Positions 9,493 through 21,143 of a DNA stretch of 64,000 bases are shown in pieces. How positions within the stretch are numbered: position 1 is the first letter of the stretch; the number at the start of each line of letters is the position of its first letter. The translations under genes were made by a program, and so were the position numbers. This DNA comes from Myxococcota bacterium (GTDB taxonomy: Bacteria > Myxococcota_A > UBA9160 > PR03), in contig JBDIVR010000002.1 in assembly GCA_039794265.1 (NCBI GenBank), positions 64,619 through 128,618 on the forward strand, in the 5' to 3' direction. The notes below the pieces were generated by a model. The model was not told where the DNA came from and searched no databases. It worked only from the letters and a program-made list of their open reading frames with translations.

Positions 9493-10251
9493 CTAACGCC
9501 CCCGGCGTGCGAGAGCGTCGAGGCCTGCCATCGCCCCCGCGACGCCGAGATACGCGCCGAGCGCCGCTCCCGTGACCCAGGCGGCGAAGGTTCCGATCGA
9601 CATGCCGACGGACTGCAGCGCGATGCCCGGCAGCAGCAGCAGCGTGATCGCGGCGGCCGGGAGGAAGGATCGTAGCCCCGCCGGAGGCGTCTGCCGGCCG
9701 GCTGCGATCGTCGCGAGCGCCGCGAAGGCCAGTGTCGTCACGATCCCGAAGCAGGCCGAACTGACCGGCAGTCCGGCGACGTCGAGCAGTCGGGATCCCG
9801 CTGGCTGTGCGGACCACCACGCGAGGAAGTGTTGATCCGGGCACAGCGCACCGCACAGGCCGGCGATCCCGAGAGCCAGGATCCCGATGCGAGCGGCCTG
9901 GCCGACCCGAAGGCCCGGCGTCCGAATCCGCAAGAACGCGGTCGTGAGCGCGACGATGAGGAGCCCGGACCAGATCGTGCTGACGAGGACTGCGTGCCCT
10001 TCGGGATGATGTCCGAACGGGTGCCGTGCGACGAGCAGCGTCGCACCGAGGGCGCCTGCGACGCCGAGGACCCCGGCGGCGGCGATGCGTCGCAGGGTCG
10101 GTGCGCCGCGCAGCTCGAGATCCGCCTCGAGCGAAGCCATGACGGCATCCCGGACGCCTTGGCGAATCCCGTCGGGCGTCTGCGACGCGGCCATCGGCGG
10201 ACCAGGATCCGCACCGCTGGGAGCTTGCATGTCGACTCGTCTCCGCATCAT
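9493..10251 (-). CDS. Six-TM membrane protein, possible NrsF/DUF1109-like anti-sigma partner
   Basis: This is the C-terminal part of track ORF 9493..11016. About six hydrophobic helices, a HPFGHHPEGH loop and Cys pairs (LCGALCP, SSAC). It lies downstream of the ECF sigma gene. The start is uncertain (ATG 10251/10248/10230/10194). Confidence 0.45.
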   Translation of the reverse strand: MMRRRVDMQAPSGADPGPPMAASQTPDGIRQGVRDAVMASLEADLELRGAPTLRRIAAAGVLGVAGALGATLLVARHPFGHHPEGHAVLVSTIWSGLLIVALTTAFLRIRTPGLRVGQAARIGILALGIAGLCGALCPDQHFLAWWSAQPAGSRLLDVAGLPVSSACFGIVTTLAFAALATIAAGRQTPPAGLRSFLPAAAITLLLLPGIALQSVGMSIGTFAAWVTGAALGAYLGVAGAMAGLDALARRGR

Positions 10252-10529
10252 CCCGAGCTCGGCACGCCGCGGCTGGCCGGCAGCCATCCGGCCTCGTCTA
10301 GCGGGCTGTGACGCAGACGGCAAGCCGTAGGCACCGGAGAGCGCTTCGGAGGACGGCGACCGGCGGCGACGAATCTCACCATCGACGTCTTCGTCTTCTC
10401 GTCTTCCGTCGGCTCTGTCTTTCGCGTTTTCGGGCCGTCGCGGGATCCGCGCACACCGGGGAATACGCCGGGTCCGAGGTGAAGGTGACGCACGGCGCTC
10501 CGATCTCGCGACTCGGGACCGGCGGAGCG

Positions 10530-11063
10530 CTATCGGGTCGCCGCGCGCGCCATGCGGAGCCGCCGCAGCGACCGCGAGGCGCTTTGCTTCACGGCGGCTT
10601 CCGATCGGCCCGATTCGGCGGCCAGCTCGGCGTACTCGCGGCCGAGCCCCTTGGCCTGCACGAGGAGTCGCGCCACGTCGCGTGGCAGCGCCCCGAGCGT
10701 CGCGTCGAGTTCCTCGCGCGCCGCGACCCGGCGCTCCGAATCCGGCTCGACGGACGCCGTCCGCGCATCGTCGAGCGGGATCGCCGGGTTCCGCAGGCTC
10801 CGCCGCAGCTCGTCGACGACGACGTTCCGCGCGATCTGGAAGAACCACGGCGCAAACGGCTGGGCCGGGTCGTAGTGGTCGCGGAAGCGGTGGAGCCGCA
10901 GGAACAGCTCTTGATAGAGATCCCGCGCGCGTTCCTCGGAGCCGATCCGGTGCCGGAGGAAGCGAAACGCGCGTCCTTCGTAGCGGCGGAAGAGCTCGTC
11001 GAACGAACCGCGGCAACCGCCCGCATAGCGCGCCATCAGCTCGGCGTCGGTGCGGTTCTCCAT
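10530..11063 (-). CDS. ECF (sigma-70 family) RNA polymerase sigma factor
   Basis: Region 2 (DLYQELFLRLHRF, WFFQIARN) and region 4 (YAELAAESGRSEAAVKQSASRSLRRL). ATG 11063 (MENRTDAELM) lies inside track ORF 10530..11105. Confidence 0.85.
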   Translation of the reverse strand: MENRTDAELMARYAGGCRGSFDELFRRYEGRAFRFLRHRIGSEERARDLYQELFLRLHRFRDHYDPAQPFAPWFFQIARNVVVDELRRSLRNPAIPLDDARTASVEPDSERRVAAREELDATLGALPRDVARLLVQAKGLGREYAELAAESGRSEAAVKQSASRSLRRLRMARAATR

Positions 11064-11254
11064 TGTCCCCTCGAAAGGCCGGATCTCGCGTAGAGATCGA
11101 AGCACGATTCGTACCGAGGTCGGCCGGCTGTCAGCCGGCGACGGCGAGTCGGCTGGCTGATACTTCGTGTCTCACCTCGCCGGATTCGGGAGGCATCAAG
11201 TCCCGTTTACGAGGCGCTGGGCACCGCCGCGCCCAGAGAGTTCACCCGCGGGCG

Positions 11255-13561
11255 TCACAGAGAAATCCGCCGCAGCCGCAGCGCATTTCCGATCACCGAG
11301 ACCGACGAGAAGCTCATCGCCGCGGCGGCGAACATCGGCGACAGCAGCAGCCCGAACCAGGGATACAGCACGCCGGCGGCGATCGGGACGCCGAGCGCGT
11401 TGTACGCGAACGCGAAGAACAGGTTCTGGCGGATGTTGCGCAGCGTCGCGCGCGACAGCTTGCGCGCCCGGGCGATGCCGCGCAGGTCGCCCTTCACCAG
11501 CGTGACGCCCGCGCTCTCCATCGCGACGTCGGTGCCGGTGCCCATCGCGATACCCACGTCGGCGCGGGCGAGGGCGGGCGCGTCGTTGACACCGTCGCCC
11601 GCCATCGCGACGACGTGCCCTTCGCGCTGCAACCGCTCGACGGCCTGCGCCTTCTGCTCCGGCAGCACGTCGGAGACGACGTCGTCGATGCCGAGCGTGT
11701 GCGCGACGGCGAGAGCGGTGGTGCGGTGATCCCCGGTCAGCATGACGATGCGGACACCGTCCGCGTGCAGCGCTTCGATCGCCGCAGCCGTGCTCTCCTT
11801 GATCGGATCGGCGACGCCGAGCAGGCCGGCCAGACGGCCGTCCAGCGCGACGAACATGACCGTCTGCCCCTCGGCGCGCAGCGCGTCGGCGCGCTCGGCG
11901 AGGGGACCGGGGTCGATGCCGAGTGCGTCGAGCAGCGCGCGATTGCCGAGCGCGACGCGCTGGCCCTCGACGCGACCCGTGACGCCCTTGCCGGTATGCG
12001 CCTCGAAGTCCTGGGCTTCGGCGGCTTCTGCGCCGCGTTCGCGTGCGCCGGCGATGATCGCGCTCGCGAGCGGGTGCTCACTGCCGCGCTCGAGGCTGGC
12101 GGCGCGGTGCAGCAGCGTGCCGATCTCGACGCCTTCGACGGGCTCGACCGACACCAAACGAGGTCGACCCTCGGTCAGCGTGCCGGTCTTGTCGACGACC
12201 AGCGTGTCGACGCGGCGCAGGTGCTCGATGGCCTCGGCGTCCTTGAACAACACGCCGGCGCCGGCGCCCTTGCCGGCCGCCACCAGGATCGACATCGGGG
12301 TCGCGAGGCCGAGCGCGCACGGACATGCGATGATCAACACCGCGACGGCGTTGACGAGCGCGTGCGCGAGCCGGGGCTCCGGCCCGACCAGCGCCCAGGT
12401 CGCGAAGGTCGCCGCGCTGATCAGCAGCACCGCCGGGACGAACCAGGCAGCCACCTGGTCGGCGAGCCGCTGGATCGGCGCGCGGCTGCGCTGCGCGTCG
12501 GCCACCATTTGCACGATCTGCGCCAGCAGCGTCTCCGCGCCGACGCGCTCGGCGCGCATCACGAGACCGCCGGTCTGGTTGACCGTGGCGCCGACGACGC
12601 GGTCGCCGGTGCTCTTCTCGACGGGCATCGGCTCGCCCGTCAGCATCGATTCGTCGACGGCGCTGCGGCCCTCTTCGACGATGCCGTCGACCGGGACCTT
12701 CTCCCCGGGCCGGATGCGCAGGCGATCGCCGATCTGGACCTCGTCGAGCGGGACGTCCTCCTCGCTGCCGTCGTCGCGCAGCCGGCGCGCGGTCTTCGGC
12801 GCCAAGCCGAGCAGCGCGCGGATCGCCGCGCCGGTGCGCTGCCGGGCCCGAAGCTCGAGCACCTGGCCGAGCAGCACCAGCGTCACGATCACCGCGGCGG
12901 CCTCGAAGTACAGCGCCACCTCGCCATCGGGTCCGCGGAACGACGGCGGGAAGATGCCGGGCAGCAACGTCGCGACGGTGCTGTACACGTACGCGGCGCC
13001 GGTGCCGAGCGCGATCAGCGTGAACATGTTGAGGCGCGTCCGCAGGGAGGCCCAGCCGCGCGCGAAGAACGGCCAGCCGCCCCACAGCACGACGGGGCTC
13101 GCGAGCGCGAGCTGGATCCAGGCGAGCGCGCGGGCCGAGAAGGCGCTCGTGAGATCGGGACCGGGGAGCATCTCCGACATCACCAGCAGCACGAGCGGGA
13201 CGCTGAGCACGGCGCCGACCTGGAAGCGCCGCGTCATCGAGCGGAGCTCCTCGCTCTCGCCTGCGTCCTCGTCGAGGCTCGGAGCCATCGGCTCGAGCGC
13301 CATGCCGCAGATCGGGCAGTTCCCCGGACCGTCGCGCACGATCTCGGGGTGCATCGGACAGGTCCACTGGCGCGCGGCGTTCGTCTCGCTGCCTCGGGCC
13401 GGCTCGGTGTCGCCCGGGGTGACGTCTAGGAACCGCTGCGGGTCCGCGCGGAACCGCTCCCGGCAGCGCGCGCTGCAGAAGGAGTACGTCGTTCCCTCGT
13501 TCTCGCTGGAATGGGGGCCGTTCGCGTCGACAATCATGCCGCAAACGGGATCCGTGGGCAT
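11255..13561 (-). CDS. copA: Copper-translocating P1B-type ATPase
   Basis: CPC in the TM helix, [15 protein letters not shown] and TGE motifs are present. The N-terminus carries a YHS/TRASH-like DPVCGM...CSARC motif and a CPMHPE...CPICGM motif. ATG 13561 lies inside track ORF 11255..13684. Confidence 0.93.
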   Translation of the reverse strand: MPTDPVCGMIVDANGPHSSENEGTTYSFCSARCRERFRADPQRFLDVTPGDTEPARGSETNAARQWTCPMHPEIVRDGPGNCPICGMALEPMAPSLDEDAGESEELRSMTRRFQVGAVLSVPLVLLVMSEMLPGPDLTSAFSARALAWIQLALASPVVLWGGWPFFARGWASLRTRLNMFTLIALGTGAAYVYSTVATLLPGIFPPSFRGPDGEVALYFEAAAVIVTLVLLGQVLELRARQRTGAAIRALLGLAPKTARRLRDDGSEEDVPLDEVQIGDRLRIRPGEKVPVDGIVEEGRSAVDESMLTGEPMPVEKSTGDRVVGATVNQTGGLVMRAERVGAETLLAQIVQMVADAQRSRAPIQRLADQVAAWFVPAVLLISAATFATWALVGPEPRLAHALVNAVAVLIIACPCALGLATPMSILVAAGKGAGAGVLFKDAEAIEHLRRVDTLVVDKTGTLTEGRPRLVSVEPVEGVEIGTLLHRAASLERGSEHPLASAIIAGARERGAEAAEAQDFEAHTGKGVTGRVEGQRVALGNRALLDALGIDPGPLAERADALRAEGQTVMFVALDGRLAGLLGVADPIKESTAAAIEALHADGVRIVMLTGDHRTTALAVAHTLGIDDVVSDVLPEQKAQAVERLQREGHVVAMAGDGVNDAPALARADVGIAMGTGTDVAMESAGVTLVKGDLRGIARARKLSRATLRNIRQNLFFAFAYNALGVPIAAGVLYPWFGLLLSPMFAAAAMSFSSVSVIGNALRLRRISL

Positions 13562-13571
13562 GGCGCTGCTC

Positions 13572-13856
13572 CTACGCATCCAGCGCGCCGAAGCGCGCGA
13601 ACACGTCGAGCAGCTCGTCCATCTTCGTGCGGCGCTCGCGCGCGCTGCCGCTCGCGAAGGCCTCCGCCACGCAGGTTTCCACATGGCCGGTCAGCACCAG
13701 CTTGCCGACGCGATCGAGCGCCGCGCGGACGGCGGCGACCTGCAGCAGCACGTCCACGCAGTAGCGGTCGTCCTCGACCATCCGCTGGATCCCGGCGACC
13801 TGGCCGGCGATCCGGGCGAGCCGCTGCTTCGCCTGGGTCTTCACGGTCGGCTTCAT
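13572..13856 (-). CDS. csoR: CsoR/RcnR-family metal-sensing repressor (Cu(I)-type C-H-C ligands)
   Basis: 94 aa. RYCVDVL...GHVETC supplies the Cys-His-Cys triad. It sits 10 nt upstream of copA. Confidence 0.88.
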   Translation of the reverse strand: MKPTVKTQAKQRLARIAGQVAGIQRMVEDDRYCVDVLLQVAAVRAALDRVGKLVLTGHVETCVAEAFASGSARERRTKMDELLDVFARFGALDA

Positions 13857-13891
13857 GGCACCTCTCGAAGGGGAGGAGGAGCCACCATCTT

Positions 13892-13908
13892 ATACCCGTA
13901 CTGGGTAT
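13892..13908 (-). promoter_or_regulatory. Putative CsoR operator (ATACCC-N5-GGGTAT)
   Basis: A perfect 6-bp inverted repeat, ATACCCGTACTGGGTAT, lies 36-52 nt upstream of the csoR ATG. It matches the GC-core/AT-flank pattern of known CsoR boxes. Confidence 0.6.
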
Positions 13909-13929
13909 GTGTAAAGGCCGCCGGGGCCC

Positions 13930-15027
13930 TCAGGGCCGGACGACGTAGAAGGCGTTCACGGGGTGGCCGAGATCGAGGGGCTCGAAGCGGCTGAAGCCGG
14001 CCGCCTCGGTCATGCGCTGCAGTCGGGCGCTGGAGAGCCCGAGCGTGCCGAGCCCGGCGCCGCCGGACTCCGACAGCGCCGAGGACAGACAGCTCAGCAC
14101 CGAAGTGCCGTACATCATCGCCGCCATCGGGTTCTTCTCGACGTTGCGCTCGTAGCTGTCGTGCGCCTTGATGTCGGCGATCAGCCACAGCCCGTCGTCG
14201 CGCAGCGCCCGCCGGATCGCCCGGCTCATGCCAGCCGGATCGGTCATGTCGTGCAGACAGTCGAAGGTCGTCACGAAGCCGAACGAGCCATCCTCCGGCA
14301 GGGGCTCGCGCCGCGCGTCGTGGAACTTCGCGTTGGGGATCGCTGCCTGGGCGCGCTTCTCCTCGGCGCGCGCGAGAGCGTACTGCGAGATGTCGTAGCC
14401 GTGGAACTCGGACCGCGGGAACGCCTTCGCCATCTCGAGCAGTGCGACGCCGGCGCCGCAGCCGACGTCGGCGACGCGCACACCGCTCTGGAGGGAGTCG
14501 AGCGCGCCCGGGACGCGCGGCAGCGCGAACGGCACGAGCAGCGCGCGAAACCAAGGGGCGAGGCCGCGCTCGATGCCGGCGGCGCCCTCCGGTCCGAATG
14601 CGTCGTACGGGAGGCCGACACCGGTCCGGAACGATTCGGGCAGTTGCTCCGCGACGCGCAGCAGCGTCGGGAGCTGGGCGAAGAAGCCGACGCCGCAGGC
14701 GGGATGCGCCTCGTTCGCGAGCACCGCTTCGCCCTCGGGCTCGAGTTCGAAGCGACCGTCGCCCCGGAACGCCAGCACCCCGGCGGCCCCTTGCTGGTAC
14801 AGCCACTCGCGCAGCCAACGTTCGTGGAGGCCGGTGCGCTCGGCCAGTTCGACCGAGTTCAGCGGGCCTGCGCCCGCCAGCGTGCGGTAGAGCCCGAGCC
14901 GGTCGCCGAGAAAGACCATCGCCGACGTCATCGCCCCTTCGAGGTGGCCGAAGACGCGCTTCGCGTAGCCCTTCAGCAGCTCCGGATCGAGCGGCCGCGG
15001 CGCGGGGGATCGGGATTCTGTCGGCAT
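13930..15027 (-). CDS. Class I SAM-dependent methyltransferase with N-terminal winged-helix domain (Rv2258c-like)
   Basis: ATG 15027 inside track ORF 13930..15714. SAM motif VADVGCGAG. N-terminal LGLYRTLAGAGPLNSVELAERTG is winged-helix-like. Confidence 0.8.
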   Translation of the reverse strand: MPTESRSPAPRPLDPELLKGYAKRVFGHLEGAMTSAMVFLGDRLGLYRTLAGAGPLNSVELAERTGLHERWLREWLYQQGAAGVLAFRGDGRFELEPEGEAVLANEAHPACGVGFFAQLPTLLRVAEQLPESFRTGVGLPYDAFGPEGAAGIERGLAPWFRALLVPFALPRVPGALDSLQSGVRVADVGCGAGVALLEMAKAFPRSEFHGYDISQYALARAEEKRAQAAIPNAKFHDARREPLPEDGSFGFVTTFDCLHDMTDPAGMSRAIRRALRDDGLWLIADIKAHDSYERNVEKNPMAAMMYGTSVLSCLSSALSESGGAGLGTLGLSSARLQRMTEAAGFSRFEPLDLGHPVNAFYVVRP

Positions 15028-15124
15028 GGAGGGTTCCTCGTGAGGGCGGAGCGCGATGATGCCGCCGTCGATGCTCGGACGACAAGGGCGACGCGGCGAC
15101 CACGATGCCGGTAGACTGCGCCGG

Positions 15125-16666
15125 GTGAACGAGCCGCATTCCGCCGCGGATCCCGTGCCGCTCGCGATCCTCTCGGAGACGGAGAGACGTCTCGACCGCT
15201 GGCGCCGCACGGCCGGGCTGTTCGCCGGCCCGCTGCTGTTCGCCGCGCTGCTGGCGTTCCCGCCGCCGGCGCCGAATCCCGAGGCGGCGCGGCTCGTTGC
15301 GGTGCTAGCGCTGGTGCTGGTGTGGTGGATGACCGAGGCGGTTCCGATCCCGGTCACGTCGCTGCTCGGACCGGCGCTCGCCGTCGTGCTCGGCGTCGGC
15401 AGCGCCGGCGAGCTGTTCGCTCCGTTCGGCGACCCGATCGTGTTCCTGTTCCTCGGCAGCTTCGTGCTGGCCGAGGCGATGGCCGCGAGCGGCCTCGATC
15501 GCCGCGTGGCCCTCGCGGTGCTGGCGCGACCGAGCGTCGCCGCGTCTCCGGCCCGGCTGCTGGCGGCCTTCGCCGTGATCACCGCGGCGATCTCGGCGTG
15601 GCTCAACAACACCGCGACGACCGCGATGCTGTATCCGATCGCGGTGTCGGTGCTGGCTGCGATGGCGCGCGCGCGAGGCGGCGATCGTGATCCCCGGCAG
15701 CTCCGCTGGGGCACGGCGCTGATGCTGGCCGTTGCCTACGCCGCGTCGATCGGCGGGATCGCGACGCCCGTCGGCACCGCGCCGAACCTGATCATGCTCG
15801 GCCAGCTCGACGCGATCGCCGGGCTGCGGATCCCGTTCCTCCATTTCATGGCGATCGCCACGCCGACGGCACTGGTGATGCTCGCGCTGCTCGTCGTCTG
15901 GCTACGCTTCTCGTTGCCGGCCGACGCCGAGGCGCCGCGCGCGAGTGCCGAGCTCGGCGCCGACCGCGCCGAGCTCGGTCCCATCTCCCGGCGCGAGCGC
16001 AACGTGCTCGCCGCGTTCCTGCTGACCGTGTCGGCGTGGGTCGGTCCGGGTCTGCTCGCCGTCGTGCTCGGCCCTGACGCTCCGCTGGCGCGCGGCGCGG
16101 AGCGGCTGCTGCCGGAGCCCGTCGTCGCCGTGCTCGGCGCGGCGCTGCTGTTCGTGCTGCCGGTCGACTGGCGGGCGCGTCGCTTCACGCTCACGTGGCC
16201 CGAAGCCAGCAGGATCGACTGGGGCACGTTGCTGCTTTTCGGTGGCGGCCTCGCGCTCGGCGGTGCGATGTTCCGGACGGGGCTCGCCGAGGCGATCGGG
16301 CAGGGCCTCGTCGCGTGGACGGGCAGCGATTCCCTGGTCGCGCTGACGTTCCTGTTCGCCGCCGTTGCGGTCGTGCTGACCGAGACGACCTCGAACACGG
16401 CGACCGCCACGATGCTCGCACCGCTCGCCATCGCGTCGGCACAGGCCGCCGGCGTGTCGCCGATTCCGCCGGCGCTCGCGATGGCGTTGGCCTCGAGCAT
16501 GGCGTTCATGCTGCCGGTCTCGACGCCGCCGAACGCCATCGTCTACGCCAGCGGCCGCGTGCCGATCACGGCCATGCTGCGCCATGGCTTCGCACTCGAT
16601 CTGGCGAGCGCGTTCGTCGTGCCGGCGATGGTGCTCGGGATGTGTCGCGTGCTCGGCCTGGCTTGA
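15125..16666 (+). CDS. DASS/SLC13-family anion:sodium symporter
   Basis: Multi-TM protein with two SNT-type hairpin motifs (NNTATTAMLYPIA, SNTATATMLAPLA). GTG 15125 is preferred. Track start 15056 would leave only 28 nt to the divergent gene. Confidence 0.8.
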   Translation: MNEPHSAADPVPLAILSETERRLDRWRRTAGLFAGPLLFAALLAFPPPAPNPEAARLVAVLALVLVWWMTEAVPIPVTSLLGPALAVVLGVGSAGELFAPFGDPIVFLFLGSFVLAEAMAASGLDRRVALAVLARPSVAASPARLLAAFAVITAAISAWLNNTATTAMLYPIAVSVLAAMARARGGDRDPRQLRWGTALMLAVAYAASIGGIATPVGTAPNLIMLGQLDAIAGLRIPFLHFMAIATPTALVMLALLVVWLRFSLPADAEAPRASAELGADRAELGPISRRERNVLAAFLLTVSAWVGPGLLAVVLGPDAPLARGAERLLPEPVVAVLGAALLFVLPVDWRARRFTLTWPEASRIDWGTLLLFGGGLALGGAMFRTGLAEAIGQGLVAWTGSDSLVALTFLFAAVAVVLTETTSNTATATMLAPLAIASAQAAGVSPIPPALAMALASSMAFMLPVSTPPNAIVYASGRVPITAMLRHGFALDLASAFVVPAMVLGMCRVLGLA

Positions 16667-16727
16667 ACCCGCGCCTTCGAAAGCGAAGCGACGGGTCGAG
16701 GGCCCGGGCGCGGGGCTCCTCGGCAGC

Positions 16728-17147
16728 TCAGAGGAAGCGACTGCGCAAGTCCGGCGTCGGGACGAGGCACTCGTCGCGGCGGCCGAACCAGCGGTAGCGG
16801 CGGCGGGCGACGAAGTCGTAGACGGCATCGCGGAGCCGTCGCGGACACAGCAGCAGCGGCGGCCCGATCCAGCGCCACGGCGCCGGCAGGTGGCGGAGCA
16901 GCCGGAGCGCCGCCGTGCTGCGATCGTGCGCACCCGCGGCGTCGATCAGCACGACGCTATCGACGGCGCCGGGCTCGTAGCCGTGGCGGTGAAGCAGGTC
17001 CTGTCCGAGTGGCGATTGCAACGGCGTGAAGCGCAGTCGCGCCTCCCGGTCGCGCGTGATCGCGAAGCGCACGGTGCCGGCGCACAGGTTGCAGACGCCG
17101 TCGAAGAGCAGGATCGGGTGCTCGCTCGGGTCGATTGCCACCGTCAT
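16728..17147 (-). CDS. DCC-family thiol-disulfide oxidoreductase (DUF393)
   Basis: LLFDGVCNLCAGTVRF motif. ATG 17147 overlaps the stop of the upstream gene (ATGA). Confidence 0.8.
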   Translation of the reverse strand: MTVAIDPSEHPILLFDGVCNLCAGTVRFAITRDREARLRFTPLQSPLGQDLLHRHGYEPGAVDSVVLIDAAGAHDRSTAALRLLRHLPAPWRWIGPPLLLCPRRLRDAVYDFVARRRYRWFGRRDECLVPTPDLRSRFL

Positions 17148-18286
17148 GCCGGCGCCTTCAGCGCGGAGCGCTCGCGCAGCCAGTCGATCGCCTCGCGGGT
17201 TTCGTCCCGCTCGTGCTCGAGGTAGCGGGCAACGGCGTCGTGGAGCCGGGCATCCGCGAAGCAGTGGGCGCTGCGGGTCGGCTGCGCGTCGAAGCCGCGC
17301 ACCTGCTTGTAGGAGCCGCCGGCGCCGGGCTCGAAGCGCGCGAGGCCCTCGCGCAGGCAGTGGTCGATGCCGGCGTAGTAGCAGACTGCGAAGTGCAGGT
17401 GCTTGACGAACCCGTCGGCGCCCCAGTAGCGGCCGTACAGAGCGTCGCCCTTCTGGACGTTGAACGCGCCGGCGACCGGCGTCGCCCCTCGCAGCGCCAT
17501 CACGAAGCACAGGCGGTGGCGGAAGCGCTCGCGCAGCCGCGCGAAGAAGTCCTCGTTCAGATACAGCCGACCCCAGGGGTTGTGGTCGATCGTAGTCCGG
17601 TAGAAGCGCCACATCGGCGCGAACCAGTCGTCCGGGATCGCTTCGCCGCTGCGGACCTCGATCGTGAGACCCGCTTCGGCGACGGCGCGCAGCTCGCGCC
17701 GGACTTCTTTGCGACGCTTGTGGCGGAGCTCGCCGAGGTAGTCGTCGAAGCAGGTCCAGCCGCGGCGGATCCAGTGGTACTGGAGCCCGAGTCGGGGCAG
17801 CCAACCGGCCTCCGCGAGCGCGGCGAGCTCGTCCTCGCGGCAGAAATTCACGTGCGCGCTGGAGAGGTCGTTGTCCCGCATGATCTCGCCGAGCGCCGAC
17901 GCGAGCCGTCGCACCCAGGCGGGCCGATCCGCGTCGGGTGCGACGAGGAAGCGTCCGCCCGTCACCGGCGTGAACGGCACGCCGACCAGCAGCTTCGGGT
18001 AGTAGCGGATGCCGGCGCGCTCGGCGGCGTCGGCAAAACCGTGGTCGAAGACGAACTCCCCTTCGCTGTGCCCCTTCAGGTAGAGCGGGCAGGCGGCCAC
18101 GAGGCGTCCGCTCTCGCGGGCCTTCAGCACGCGCGGGAGCCAGCCCGTCGCGCGTCCGACGGCGCCGGATTCCTCGAGCGCCGCGAGCCATTCCCATTCG
18201 AGGAACGGCGACTCGTCGCGGACCAAGGCGTTCCATTCCTCGCGGGGGACCGTGCACACGCCCGCGGCGAGCTCGATCGTCGTCAC
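17144..18286 (-). CDS. DUF482 / FemAB-like (BioF2-like GNAT fold) protein
   Basis: EEWNALV...PFLEWEWLAALEESGAV...YYPKLLVGVPFTPVTG is colinear with the DUF482 family as I recall it. GTG 18286 is preferred because ATG 18373 would collide with the clpS start. Confidence 0.8.
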   Translation of the reverse strand: MTTIELAAGVCTVPREEWNALVRDESPFLEWEWLAALEESGAVGRATGWLPRVLKARESGRLVAACPLYLKGHSEGEFVFDHGFADAAERAGIRYYPKLLVGVPFTPVTGGRFLVAPDADRPAWVRRLASALGEIMRDNDLSSAHVNFCREDELAALAEAGWLPRLGLQYHWIRRGWTCFDDYLGELRHKRRKEVRRELRAVAEAGLTIEVRSGEAIPDDWFAPMWRFYRTTIDHNPWGRLYLNEDFFARLRERFRHRLCFVMALRGATPVAGAFNVQKGDALYGRYWGADGFVKHLHFAVCYYAGIDHCLREGLARFEPGAGGSYKQVRGFDAQPTRSAHCFADARLHDAVARYLEHERDETREAIDWLRERSALKAPA

Positions 18287-18371
18287 GCGCGGCAGTCTAA
18301 CCGCCGGCGCGGAGGCGTCCGGCGCGGCGCGTGGTCGTCGTCCGGCGCCGCGACCGGCTATTCTCCGGTTC

Positions 18372-18719
18372 ATGTCCGAACCCGGAGGCCCCGGTCGTCC
18401 CGGCAGTCCGAGCGACGCTCCGCTGCGCGAACGCGATGTCACCACGCGTCCGCGGGAGAAGGCCGAACGTCCGCCGCGTTTCAAGGTGATCCTGTTCAAC
18501 GACGATTACACCCCCATGGAGTTCGTGGTCGGGTTGCTCGAGCAGCTGTTCCGCAAGAGTCCGGCGGAGGCGACCCAGCTGATGCTGCAGATCCACCGCA
18601 CGGGCCTCGGCGTCGCGGGCGTCTACGTTCTGGAAGTCGCCGAAACCAAGGTGGCGGCGGTGCATCAGCAGGCCGAGGAGCGGGGCTACCCGCTGCGGGC
18701 CGGCGTCGAGAAGGAGTGA
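18372..18719 (+). CDS. clpS: ATP-dependent Clp protease adaptor ClpS
   Basis: PPRFKVILFNDDYTPMEFVV...LMLQIHRTGLGVAGVY core, with a roughly 35-aa N-terminal extension. Confidence 0.9.
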   Translation: MSEPGGPGRPGSPSDAPLRERDVTTRPREKAERPPRFKVILFNDDYTPMEFVVGLLEQLFRKSPAEATQLMLQIHRTGLGVAGVYVLEVAETKVAAVHQQAEERGYPLRAGVEKE

Positions 18720-18734
18720 CGGAGTGAAGACGCG

Positions 18735-21139
<2,405 letters not shown>

Positions 21140-21143
<4 letters not shown>

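Noticed and set aside
11064-11254. An ECF-type promoter upstream of the first sigma gene.
   Set aside because: - GAAC/GGGAC-like -35 candidates exist, but none has a CGT-type -10 element at 16-17 nt spacing.
- Only two GC hairpins (CTGGGC...GCCCAG, GCCGGCT-GAC-AGCCGGC) were seen.
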